The notes under the pieces are model-generated. The model was given only the letters and a program-made list of their open reading frames with translations, did not search any database and had not been told where the DNA came from. From positions 7,552-71,551 of the forward strand of contig JAPLNI010000023.1 of NCBI GenBank assembly GCA_026692865.1: a stretch of 64,000 nt of DNA, in the 5' to 3' direction. Numbering within the stretch: the first letter of the stretch is position 1; each line of letters begins with the position of its first letter. Shown piece by piece: positions 50,839-60,472 of the stretch. Source of the stretch: Planctomycetota bacterium. Its GTDB lineage: Bacteria > Planctomycetota > Planctomycetia > Pirellulales > Pirellulaceae. The position numbers and the translations under genes are program-made.

Positions 50839-51774
50839 TCAAAAGTTGTTTTCTAAAAGTCCCTCTTTGTGACCGATGTTGTGCACAGGTGCCAGGATTG
50901 TAAGAACGTCCTGCAGCAGTTCCTGATCGATTGGATCGTTCGCCCACTCAACCCATTTGCGAATGTTGTTCGGGTTTGCACTACCAGCAACAGTGGTAGA
51001 GATTTCTTCGTTCATTAACGAAAACTGCAAGGCGAGCTTTGCAATGTCCGAGCCTCGCGAATGGCAAAGCTTTGCGGCTTCCTTAGCAGCCAATTGAACT
51101 GGCATTGGATCGCGAAACCAAGGAGGGAGCGTAGCATTGGTGAGCAATCGAGCGCTAAAAGGTCCAGCATTCATGATGCCGATCCCTTTTTCCTTCAGCA
51201 TTGGGATCGTTTGATCAGCAAACGACGTGTTTTGGAGGGTGTATTGGTTGTAAGACATCACGCAGTCGATCTCGGTTGAGGCAGCGATAGTGTGGAAGAT
51301 CTTTTGAGGATAACCACTTATCCCGATATAACGAACTTTTCCTGCTTGTTGAATCTTTCGAAGGGCCGGTATGGTTTCTTCAATGACTTGCTGAAGCGGT
51401 ACAAATTCGATGTCATGGCAAAGTGCTATGTCTAAATACTCGCAACCTAAGCGGTGAAGTGACACATCAATGCTCTCGGAGACTCGTTTCGCAGAAAAGT
51501 CAAAATGATTGATGTCGAATCGCCCGAGTTTAGAGCACATCAAATAATCTGACCGAGGCACATCACGAAGCGCAATCCCCAAGAGTACTTCACTCATTCC
51601 GCGACCATAAAACGGGGACGTGTCGATCAGGGAAAGTCCCAAGTCGCGGGCGACACGAATGCTTTCAAAAACTTCGTCCAGGGATACAGAACGAAACTCC
51701 TGCCCAAGCGACGATGCTCCAAAAGCAAGTGCAGGTAGGTTGAGATCGGTTTTTCCGAGTTTGCGGATTTTCAT
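50839..51774 (-). CDS. aldo/keto reductase family oxidoreductase
   Basis: MKIRKLGKTDLNLPALAFGASSLG...LIDTSPFYGRGMSE (D/Y/K/H tetrad context), 311 aa. Confidence 0.9.
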   Translation of the reverse strand: MKIRKLGKTDLNLPALAFGASSLGQEFRSVSLDEVFESIRVARDLGLSLIDTSPFYGRGMSEVLLGIALRDVPRSDYLMCSKLGRFDINHFDFSAKRVSESIDVSLHRLGCEYLDIALCHDIEFVPLQQVIEETIPALRKIQQAGKVRYIGISGYPQKIFHTIAASTEIDCVMSYNQYTLQNTSFADQTIPMLKEKGIGIMNAGPFSARLLTNATLPPWFRDPMPVQLAAKEAAKLCHSRGSDIAKLALQFSLMNEEISTTVAGSANPNNIRKWVEWANDPIDQELLQDVLTILAPVHNIGHKEGLLENNF

Positions 51775-52018
51775 AGCGGATTGGAATGTAATAACGAGAG
51801 AAAACTGCTAAGTGTTTGTGGAAGCAAGAAATTACGCTTTTTGCCAAACCGACCTTGTGTTGCAAATGAAGATCATCCAGAAATATACTGATATCTACGT
51901 CTTATTCAATGCGATAGTATCTGCATGTCTTGCAACTGCGGCGAATTATAAGTGTCGTAGGGACTTTAATGAATGCATACGCCTGAATCGCTAAACGGGT
52001 CACAACCCCCATTAAAAC

Positions 52019-53500
52019 GTGGAAAAATGGAGCCTCCGAAGTACAATCGAGCACGGATGTTTTGTTGATGTACATGAGCATCACGGGTCAGGCAATTTTT
52101 GTTTTAAAAGCTACATTTGGATGTTGATCGATCACGAATCCTCTGGAACACCTCATGCGGCGAAATCCGCACAGCGTTCGCGGCTTCTCATTATTGCTTG
52201 TGCATGTGATCCAGATAACTCTATGGAAGATCGCAATGGATGGCATCGAGCTATCCAGGCGGCAGAAGATTTCGACGTAACAGTCCTAACCATTCCCAGC
52301 GTGAATACGGGGCGTCTTCATCAGGCAGTGCCAAACCATCTCAAAGGCCGGGTCGAGTTTTTTTGTGTACCGCTTTCAACTTTTCAAGCAAAACGGCTTC
52401 AATGCGATAAGTCATTTTATCTAGGTTATCGAGCTTGGTTACTTGCTGGAAAGAAGCTCGCGGAAAAACTGCACGCTGAACGGCCATTCGCGGTTACACA
52501 TTTGGTATCACTCTGTAGCTATCGCGAAGCCGGATACTTCTGGCAAATCGATTGCCCATTCATTCTCGGTCCAGTTGGCGGGTCGAGTGGTTTTCCAGTT
52601 AGATACTTGAGTTTGGTCCATTTTCGAAGTGCAGCATTTGAAATTGCCAGGAACCTTATCAACTTTTATCAACTTCATTTTAGTCAACGCGTTCGCAAAG
52701 CTATTCAGTCTTCGGCAGTTGTCATCGCCGCGAATCGTAGTACGCAAGGCGACTTGATGAAAATGGTTGAGGGCCTGAATGTGCCTGTTGAATTGGAGGC
52801 GGGATTAGACTACGAGATTAGTGTTCCGAAAGATATCCGCGATATTAGTAGACCGCTAAAGATATTATGGTCTGGGCGACTTCGAGCTTGGAAGGGGCTG
52901 CCTCTTTTACTAAAGGCATTAGCGAAATTGCCACATGATGTCCCGGTGCAGCTACGGATTGTTGGAGATGGAGTCGAGGCAAAGGCTTGGCGTCGATTAG
53001 CTCAACGACTTGGTCTAAGCGATTGCGTTGAGTGGATTTCGCGACCACCTTACCGAGATTCCATCAGCTATTATCGATGGGCCGACGTTTTTTGCTTCAC
53101 CAGTCTTCGAGATACCTCCGGAACAGGACTACTCGAAGCCTTAGCGGCCGGAACGCCGATCATTGGAATGAATCATCAAGGTGCAGCAGACATCATGACA
53201 GATGATTGCGCGATTAGAATCTCCGTAATAAAACCGAGTCAATCTATTTGCGAGTTCACTGATGCGTTAGCGATGCTCGCGCGCAATCCAGACCGATTGA
53301 AGAAACTAAGCGACGGAGCCTTAAAAGAAGCCGAGTCGCATCTATGGTCACGAAAATCAATATTTATGAATCGCGTCTACCAAAGTCTTCTTGCTAATTC
53401 GCGAATACAGCCTGACTCTCCAAAATGGAATGGTAAACCGCAGCAAGTAAGCAGCCTCTCAGATGATTGCGAATTGGCCAGGGAAGCAACGCATCGCTGA
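52019..53500 (+). CDS. glycosyltransferase family 4 (GT-B, group 1)
   Basis: C-terminal GT4 block ILWSGRLRAWKGLPLLLKAL...VGDG...FCFTSLRDTSGTGLLEALAAGTPIIG (EX7E-type). Confidence 0.85.
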   Translation: MEKWSLRSTIEHGCFVDVHEHHGSGNFCFKSYIWMLIDHESSGTPHAAKSAQRSRLLIIACACDPDNSMEDRNGWHRAIQAAEDFDVTVLTIPSVNTGRLHQAVPNHLKGRVEFFCVPLSTFQAKRLQCDKSFYLGYRAWLLAGKKLAEKLHAERPFAVTHLVSLCSYREAGYFWQIDCPFILGPVGGSSGFPVRYLSLVHFRSAAFEIARNLINFYQLHFSQRVRKAIQSSAVVIAANRSTQGDLMKMVEGLNVPVELEAGLDYEISVPKDIRDISRPLKILWSGRLRAWKGLPLLLKALAKLPHDVPVQLRIVGDGVEAKAWRRLAQRLGLSDCVEWISRPPYRDSISYYRWADVFCFTSLRDTSGTGLLEALAAGTPIIGMNHQGAADIMTDDCAIRISVIKPSQSICEFTDALAMLARNPDRLKKLSDGALKEAESHLWSRKSIFMNRVYQSLLANSRIQPDSPKWNGKPQQVSSLSDDCELAREATHR

Positions 53501-53537
53501 TATCCATCAGTACTGATGGAAGGGAATCAATTTTCCG

Positions 53538-55061
53538 ATGGATCTTGTACCTGAATCGCAGCAAAGAAACGCAACTTTCTTTTGGTGGGGCATTTGCGCT
53601 TGTGTCGTTCTGGCGATATTTCTCAGATCACTCCCAATCGGAACAAGGTCCTTTGAGGTTGATGAAGTATATGAGCTTTGCCACCTGTCCACAGATTTGT
53701 TCCATATTGCAAAAGATTCTGATGGTTTCCCTCCGACGTTTCGGTGGTTTCTGAGTCTTTATGTTCTTGCCTCTGGCGAGGAGTTTAGCAGGTTCCTGTG
53801 CGTTTTTTTGGGGGTAATCACCGTCGTCGTGTGCGCAGTGCTAGGTAGGAAGATTGGTGGAGATCTCATTGGCTTCAATACGGCCCTCCTCTTATCGGTT
53901 TCAGCAAGCCAAGTTGCATTTGGACAACAGATTCGCGCTTACACGCTTTACGCGCTTGCTATTGCTCTCGTAATGCTTTCGGGTTGGATGCTTGCCCATA
54001 AAGTCTCAGGACGAAACTGGATGTTTTTTATCGCAAGTGCCTTTCTTGCAATGGGATCGCATTACTACAGTATCTACTTTCTCGCAATCGTTTGGATATT
54101 TGTTTTATGGAACTACCCTAAGAAAGAAATACTTGTGTACTTTGGATATGCAGGCTTGTTTGCATGCCTATGTATTCCATGGCTAGTGTGTTTGCGAGTC
54201 GATCTGTCAGCGCCACTACCACCGGAATGGATAAGCAATTTTGATCTGAAAAGCCTAGCCTATCTTTATCTCACTGTAGTGCAAGGGAAATTTCTTGGAC
54301 CATCTCAATCAGAACTTTTAGAGATTCCTTGGCAGCAGGGGATGATCGCTTTGGCCCCCTGGGCAATTTCGGGATTGACATTTGCTGCCATCTTAATCCT
54401 TGGTGGTATTCGCAAAGTGGGCCTTCCTAATCTTGTTTGGCTGTTATCGATGTTGCTCATTCTCCCTGTAGTCGCTGGAACGATTGCGATGCTTATCGGT
54501 TCGAATTTCGGCTCGCGTTATCTCGCACCACTATCTGTTCCATTAGCGATTGTTATCGCATGCGGAATGAGTTGGCGAGGTAAATCCATTTCTGTGATTG
54601 CAACTTATGGATTAATAGCTCTAAACCTATTGTCGGTTTTCAACCGAAGTCTTAATCCCCGATATGACCGAGAAAATTATCGGGAGTTAATCTCTAAAAT
54701 GTGTGAATTGGATAAAGAGCCTGCCGTGATCGTTTTATCACACTACGTTGCTCCTGCGATTCGTCGTGAGCTCGTTACAAACTTGCCATTTTGCTCTTTG
54801 GGACTTGGTGTCACTGAATCAGACGATTGGCAAACTAATCTGTCGGCATTTCTAAAGAAAATTAACAATCGTGAATTCGTTTTCCTAGTCGCAACTTCGA
54901 CGCAAGCGGCTGATGTTAACTTAAAACAGCGGGATAAGCTAACTCGGGAATTAGATGCAAAATTAATCCAAAGAGTTTCAAACTCGACAGATCTATTTGC
55001 AATAGAAACTAAAAAATTACGATCGACCGTTATAAATAGCTCATTCAGTAGAGATCGCTAA
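53538..55061 (+). CDS. GT-C-fold membrane glycosyltransferase (ArnT/PMT, GT39/GT83-like)
   Basis: 507 aa, ~12 TM helices. First periplasmic loop with DE motif (FEVDEVYEL) after TM1, as in ArnT/PMT enzymes. Confidence 0.7.
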   Translation: MDLVPESQQRNATFFWWGICACVVLAIFLRSLPIGTRSFEVDEVYELCHLSTDLFHIAKDSDGFPPTFRWFLSLYVLASGEEFSRFLCVFLGVITVVVCAVLGRKIGGDLIGFNTALLLSVSASQVAFGQQIRAYTLYALAIALVMLSGWMLAHKVSGRNWMFFIASAFLAMGSHYYSIYFLAIVWIFVLWNYPKKEILVYFGYAGLFACLCIPWLVCLRVDLSAPLPPEWISNFDLKSLAYLYLTVVQGKFLGPSQSELLEIPWQQGMIALAPWAISGLTFAAILILGGIRKVGLPNLVWLLSMLLILPVVAGTIAMLIGSNFGSRYLAPLSVPLAIVIACGMSWRGKSISVIATYGLIALNLLSVFNRSLNPRYDRENYRELISKMCELDKEPAVIVLSHYVAPAIRRELVTNLPFCSLGLGVTESDDWQTNLSAFLKKINNREFVFLVATSTQAADVNLKQRDKLTRELDAKLIQRVSNSTDLFAIETKKLRSTVINSSFSRDR

Positions 55062-55194
55062 TTTGTCTGACTTACCGTTGTTGTCGGAAGTATCTTAGCT
55101 TGAGTAGTAATATTCATGGAAATAGGCTATGGCAAGAGTCTCATCGTTAATGTTCTTGTAGGTCAGTTCGAGCAAATCACTTAAGGATAGTAAG

Positions 55195-56031
55195 TTGAGT
55201 ACATTAACACCGCTGGCAACAGTTAAGTCTTTCGAAGATGACTTTTACATGAAGATCATCAGGAAGTTAATGCTTCGCGGTACTCTGAGTAAGGAAGATT
55301 CGGTGCTAGTCACGGCTGGCGGGACTCGAGATAAAGAGACCTGGGAAGCATGTGGGTTTCACAAGGTAACGATATCTAATTTAGATGATCGAATGGTTGG
55401 AAACGAGTTTAGCCCATTCGGTTGGTCTTTTCTCGACGCAGAGAACATCGCGATGGAAGACAATTCCGTCGATTTCGTATGCATTCACAACGGTCTTCAT
55501 CACTGCCGATGTCCGCAGGCAGCAGTGTTAGAGATGCTCCGAGTCGCACGAAAGGGAATTCTCATTTTCGAGCCTTATGATAATTTGGTTACACGTATCG
55601 GAATGCGGTTTGGCGTTGGTCAGAAGTATGAAACGGCTGCTGTCTTCTACAGTAACTTTTCACATGGAGGATTTCGCAACGGCCCAGTGGCGAACTATGT
55701 TTATCGGTTCACGCGATGGGAGTTAGAGAAGACGGTGGCAACCGCATATCCAGAGGGGCCCGTACAGTTGGAATTCATGCACGCATTGCGAATTCCCTGG
55801 GAGCAATTAAGAGGTCGATCTAACAAATTGCCGTACTTTATTGCATGTGCTATGCGGCCCTTACTTACCGTAATAAATTACTTGTTACCAGCCCAAGGAA
55901 ACTGCTTTGCTGCGTTTATAACTAAGCGTTCTGTCGAGGCTCCTTTATGGCCTTGGGTCTGCAAAACTTCCGACGGTAACTATGTCGCTGATAAGGATTG
56001 GCTTTTGAGTAAATATCGTAAATTGAGCTAA
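55195..56031 (+). CDS. probable class I SAM-dependent methyltransferase-like protein
   Basis: Rossmann-like LVTAGGT...DFVCIHNGLHHC...GILIFEPYD arrangement; moderate. Confidence 0.5.
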   Translation: MSTLTPLATVKSFEDDFYMKIIRKLMLRGTLSKEDSVLVTAGGTRDKETWEACGFHKVTISNLDDRMVGNEFSPFGWSFLDAENIAMEDNSVDFVCIHNGLHHCRCPQAAVLEMLRVARKGILIFEPYDNLVTRIGMRFGVGQKYETAAVFYSNFSHGGFRNGPVANYVYRFTRWELEKTVATAYPEGPVQLEFMHALRIPWEQLRGRSNKLPYFIACAMRPLLTVINYLLPAQGNCFAAFITKRSVEAPLWPWVCKTSDGNYVADKDWLLSKYRKLS

Positions 56032-56483
56032 TCAATCCACTTTTGTTCATCTGATTCGTCTCCTCGGATTCGTCGAGGTATTCATCGCAAGATCATAGAA
56101 ATTGATAGAACTTTCCAGCTGGCAAAAGGCGTTAATTCATCAAGAAGCGCCGTCGTGAGGCCTTACGATAGCGACTTGCTTCCTACTTGCTTGTCCGAGA
56201 GCGCGTTTATCTGGAGTCTAAACGCTTTGGCTTATTCTTTAGAATGTATAAGCTCAACTAGCTAACAGCTTCGACTAAAATCAATGGCGTTTGTCTGTAA
56301 ACCGAGAAGTCCTTTGCGAATAGGATGGGAGATGGTCTTCTAGGGGAGATGAATTTAACGATTGCAGGGGCGGTTTGCGGGTGAACCACATACTATTCTT
56401 GCTGTTTTTCTCCTTCCCACGCGAGAGTGTGACCAATGGTTTAAAGCCTTCTGTCTGTATCCCTTTACGGCGAACACTTTAAA

Positions 56484-57977
56484 ATGTCACTAGAACGAAC
56501 CCCGGCCAATCGACCAAACACCGAACGTAAAGCTCTCACGATCAACCTCGACCCTCGTCGATATGGATCCTTTGCCGAGATCGGAGCAGGCCAAGAAGTT
56601 GTTAGATGGTTCTTTCGAGTCGGAGGTGCCGCGGGGACAATCGCAAAAAGCATCTCCGCATACGACATGACCGTAAGCGATGCCATTTATGGGCAATGCG
56701 AACGCTACGTATGTCGACAACGACTCGAAGATATGCTCGACCGTGAGCATACCTTGAACCTCGAACGACTCAGCCAAACTCGTGGCGACACGACTGCGTT
56801 TTTTAGCTTTGCCGATACGGTTTCGGCTCGTAATTTCACGGGAACTAACGATTGCCATGGATGGATGGGTGTCCGATTCCAATCGCATCCCGGAGATGAA
56901 GACAGCCAAATCATTATCCACGTCCGCATGCTGGACACCGAGAATGCCTTACAGCAAGAAGCGATCGGTATCATTGGAGTTAACCTGCTCTACGGTGCCT
57001 TTAATCTCAATCATGAGCCTGATCAATTAGTCGAATCCTTGCTTGATAATCTCTCAATACGTCGAATCGAGATCGACATGATTGAGTTCTCGGGAATTGT
57101 ATTTCGGCATGTTGATAATCGCGTGATGAGTCTTAGACTGGTGCAACTGGGGCTCAGTAAAGCAGCAATGTTCGCCGCCTCAGGAGAAGTCCTTCAGCCA
57201 TCCGAAGTGCTTTACAAGAAGCCAATTCTCGTTGAACGAGGCAGTTTCCGACCGGTTACCAACGTTAACCTCGATATGATTCGCGCGGCTCATGAAAAGT
57301 TCTGCAATGAACCCGATGTCGATGCGGAAGAAGTCGTCACCTTAGCCGAAATCACCATGAAGAATCTTCAAGCGAACGGCGATATCGATTTGCAAGACTT
57401 TCTCGCTCGTGTCGACTTGATGGCCGCTTGCGGAATGACCGTTTTGATCTCGGACTACTTCGAGTACTATCGCTTGGCAGCGTATCTGTCGCGATACACG
57501 AAGAAGAAGATCGGCATCACGATGGGTGCCGGTAGTCTGCATGATCTGTTCGATGACAAATACTACACGCAGCTTGACGGTGGTATCCTCGAATCGTTCG
57601 GAAGGCTTTTTAAGAATGATCTCAAGCTATACATATATCCGCTACTAGATCGTGAGACGGGTATGATCACTATGGTTGATAACCTGCAAGTAGCATTTGA
57701 GATTCGAAAGTTGTATGAGTACCTGGTCGACAAGGGTTGCATTGAACAGCTTGATAACTTCAATCCAATGCACCTTCAAACATTTTCTCGCGAAGTGCTT
57801 CAGCAGATTCAATCTGGCGACACACGATGGATGGAACATGTTCCTAAAGAAGTCGCTGAGGTCATTCAAAGAAGAGGCTTCTTCGGGTATCCTAAAACGC
57901 CAGCTAAGAAAGCTGAACCTCAGATCAGCACAAGATCGTTCGACGCTATCAAAGTTCACGTTCCCACGGTAGCGTGA
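56484..57977 (+). CDS. conserved hypothetical protein (497 aa)
   Basis: Long ORF with globular composition. N-terminal ...YGSFAEIGAGQEVVRWFFRVGGAAGTIAKSISAYDM looks like a conserved nucleotide-binding-type segment but I cannot assign a family. Confidence 0.6.
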   Translation: MSLERTPANRPNTERKALTINLDPRRYGSFAEIGAGQEVVRWFFRVGGAAGTIAKSISAYDMTVSDAIYGQCERYVCRQRLEDMLDREHTLNLERLSQTRGDTTAFFSFADTVSARNFTGTNDCHGWMGVRFQSHPGDEDSQIIIHVRMLDTENALQQEAIGIIGVNLLYGAFNLNHEPDQLVESLLDNLSIRRIEIDMIEFSGIVFRHVDNRVMSLRLVQLGLSKAAMFAASGEVLQPSEVLYKKPILVERGSFRPVTNVNLDMIRAAHEKFCNEPDVDAEEVVTLAEITMKNLQANGDIDLQDFLARVDLMAACGMTVLISDYFEYYRLAAYLSRYTKKKIGITMGAGSLHDLFDDKYYTQLDGGILESFGRLFKNDLKLYIYPLLDRETGMITMVDNLQVAFEIRKLYEYLVDKGCIEQLDNFNPMHLQTFSREVLQQIQSGDTRWMEHVPKEVAEVIQRRGFFGYPKTPAKKAEPQISTRSFDAIKVHVPTVA

Positions 57978-58079
57978 GAAACGAATTTTCAACTGTCACC
58001 CGCCAACCCCACTATCTTGGTTATAGGCTCCACCCATAACTGAGAAACTAGCCCTTAGCAACTTAGCGAAACGCTCTTC

Positions 58080-60362
58080 CTAGGTCATTTCTGATTTTTG
58101 CTGGTTGGGTTTAGCGAGAGTTTTTTGTTCTGGGTAGCGAAGTATCTTCAAGACGAACAGCCACATCACGCTGCTTACGGTCAGGACTGCGGCGAGAGCA
58201 AACGCGCTTAGCTTTGTTAAGTCCTGGCTTAGCTTGGCTACGTCACCGGTGACGGCTTCAACCGGTTCTTGTACAAGGATCCAAAGGTCGGTCGATTGTT
58301 GCCGTTCGGTCGTTGATTCTTGTTTGGCTCGTCGCGATATTTCTACCTGCTTCATCGTTGCGATCCAATCTCCACGGTAGGCATTTCCTAGCGGATGCTT
58401 AGCAACGGGATCATGATATTGATCAAGACCTTCGAGTTTGAGTTTTTCTAACTGCTCGAGGTCGATCTGGAAATGCGAGATCGATTTGGGTGAGTCGACC
58501 TCTTCGATCGGGGCCGTTACAGAACTCTGTTGTCCAAGTTGCTTTAATAGCGGATGCTGCAGAAGCGTTCCCTCGCGACTTCCCAGGTGCCCATCGACAA
58601 GTGCAATAAATCTCGAGCTATGATCGAAGTCTTCAGGTGCATCACTTTGTTTATCATCATCATAATTTGACTTGCGATCCCCTTTGGGCGGCATTAAATC
58701 AAAGTCACCCAGATTGATCGTGAGCACCAAAACACCATCGATCGTCGACTCGGATTGCCCCTCAGGTGATTGCAATCGAATCGGGGAGCAAACAGCAATC
58801 TTCCATCGACCGGTAGTAGTCGATTTAAAAGGAACGCTTACATGTGGGATCTTCGTCGGGGAAATATTCCGACGCGGCACCGTTGTGGATGAATCTTGTC
58901 GTTGCCCATTAAAGTAGGTTCTATATGCAAAATTCCAGCCAATTTTGCTACTTTCGAAGCCGTCAATAAAAGCCGATGCGATCATGTTGCCGTAACGATC
59001 GGTGACGAACAAACTGTTGTACCGAGCCGGTTGTTGTGATTGACGATGATCTTCGATGATCGTTTGGAACCGCTCTTTGAGATGTTGCTCTAGATCGGTT
59101 CGCTCTTGAAGCGAAAGCAGTTTCTTGAGCGGTTCTGGGGGTGGTTGATCGGCTGCGAGGTCTGATAGAAGTTCGGGGCCGGCAGCTTGTTGAAAGGCTT
59201 TGAAGAGCTCTTGAAATTTGGCTTGTTGTGTTTGATCATCCAAGAGCCGAAAGAGGTTCGCGATTTGGTACTTGAAGTTGCTTGCGGCCACGCTTGCGTA
59301 GTCGGCATTGCTTTGAAGTGTTTTGCTTTTGAGCTTGTCCAAGAACTCGCGCTCTGCCACGCCTGCTCCCTTCCAAGCGAACCAGCTCATCACGCCCAGA
59401 AGAATCAGCGGGCCGACGATCCCCAGAAGCATGAGCGGTCTGCGAAGTCTTGCCACTTGACGCCGCTCCAAGGCTCCGATGACTTGCTGCACGTTGGCGT
59501 AGCGATCACTGGGGCGTTTTGCCAGACAGCGATCGATGATTTGAATCAATCCTCGATCCATCCCGCGAATGCGATGATGAGCTCGCGGAGGTGATGCGTT
59601 GATGATGGTTTCGCGGTATCGCGCAAGTCGCTCTGGTAAGTTGCTGGCCGTGTCGAGAGCATTGACCGAATGAGGAGTTCGGTGCGGCGGCGTGCCAACC
59701 AGCATGCAATACAAAATCGCTCCCAATGCATAAACATCCCATCGAGCATCTGGAAGCGCTGCCAAATCAGCTTGCTCGGGTGCCATGTAAAACAGCGTAC
59801 CCAGCGACGGCGTTTGCTCGGTCGACATGCGACTCTGCCCGAAATCGGCAAGCCGTGGTCGCATGTCCTGATCGAGCAAAACGTTGGCCGGCTTTAAATC
59901 GCAATGCAGTACCCCTTTACCGTGCGAATGGTTCAACCCCTGGGCAATGTCGCTAAAGATCTCGACCGCGCGATGAACACCCAGCGCCCCACGTTGCCGC
60001 AGAAGATCATCCAAAGAACCATTCTCGAGATACTCCATCACGTAGTAGGGAGGCTGAGCATCCCAACCCACGTCCAAGACCTGGACAATGAAGCGATTAG
60101 CCGACATGGCTACCAAGTTTTTGACTTCACGCGCCAGCAGCGACCAATTCACTCCTGATTTGTGAAGATAAAATTTAACCGCGACCGATCGACCTGTGTT
60201 GGTGTCGACTCCGACCCAAACTTGCCCAAACGCTCCTTGACCAAGCAGGCTTTCTAAGCGATACCCTGGAATCTGAGCCGGCGGAGTCGTCGCACGAAGA
60301 CTCAGTTCCTCGGCCAACATCTGTTCGCCGACCGTCTGTTGCTGGGTATAATCAGTAGACAT
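58080..60362 (-). CDS. receptor-type Ser/Thr protein kinase: Hanks kinase domain, TM, periplasmic Cache-like sensor, TM
   Basis: GxGxxG LLGQGAFGQVW, VAVK, HCDLKPANVLL, DFG, APE. TM LMLLGIVGPLILLGVMSWFAW. ~400-aa extracytoplasmic region with YNSLFVTDRYGNMIAS (Cache-type). C-terminal TM LSAFALAAVLTVSSVMWLFVL. Confidence 0.9.
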   Translation of the reverse strand: MSTDYTQQQTVGEQMLAEELSLRATTPPAQIPGYRLESLLGQGAFGQVWVGVDTNTGRSVAVKFYLHKSGVNWSLLAREVKNLVAMSANRFIVQVLDVGWDAQPPYYVMEYLENGSLDDLLRQRGALGVHRAVEIFSDIAQGLNHSHGKGVLHCDLKPANVLLDQDMRPRLADFGQSRMSTEQTPSLGTLFYMAPEQADLAALPDARWDVYALGAILYCMLVGTPPHRTPHSVNALDTASNLPERLARYRETIINASPPRAHHRIRGMDRGLIQIIDRCLAKRPSDRYANVQQVIGALERRQVARLRRPLMLLGIVGPLILLGVMSWFAWKGAGVAEREFLDKLKSKTLQSNADYASVAASNFKYQIANLFRLLDDQTQQAKFQELFKAFQQAAGPELLSDLAADQPPPEPLKKLLSLQERTDLEQHLKERFQTIIEDHRQSQQPARYNSLFVTDRYGNMIASAFIDGFESSKIGWNFAYRTYFNGQRQDSSTTVPRRNISPTKIPHVSVPFKSTTTGRWKIAVCSPIRLQSPEGQSESTIDGVLVLTINLGDFDLMPPKGDRKSNYDDDKQSDAPEDFDHSSRFIALVDGHLGSREGTLLQHPLLKQLGQQSSVTAPIEEVDSPKSISHFQIDLEQLEKLKLEGLDQYHDPVAKHPLGNAYRGDWIATMKQVEISRRAKQESTTERQQSTDLWILVQEPVEAVTGDVAKLSQDLTKLSAFALAAVLTVSSVMWLFVLKILRYPEQKTLAKPNQQKSEMT

Positions 60363-60472
60363 TCGAACTAACTTTTAAGCCTCGACCACGCACTCCGCCA
60401 CCTTTTCTACTAGCTTACTCGAAACCGCCCAATAACTCCAAGAGTGTCGCTTGAAGTCGATTCCCAGTCTGC

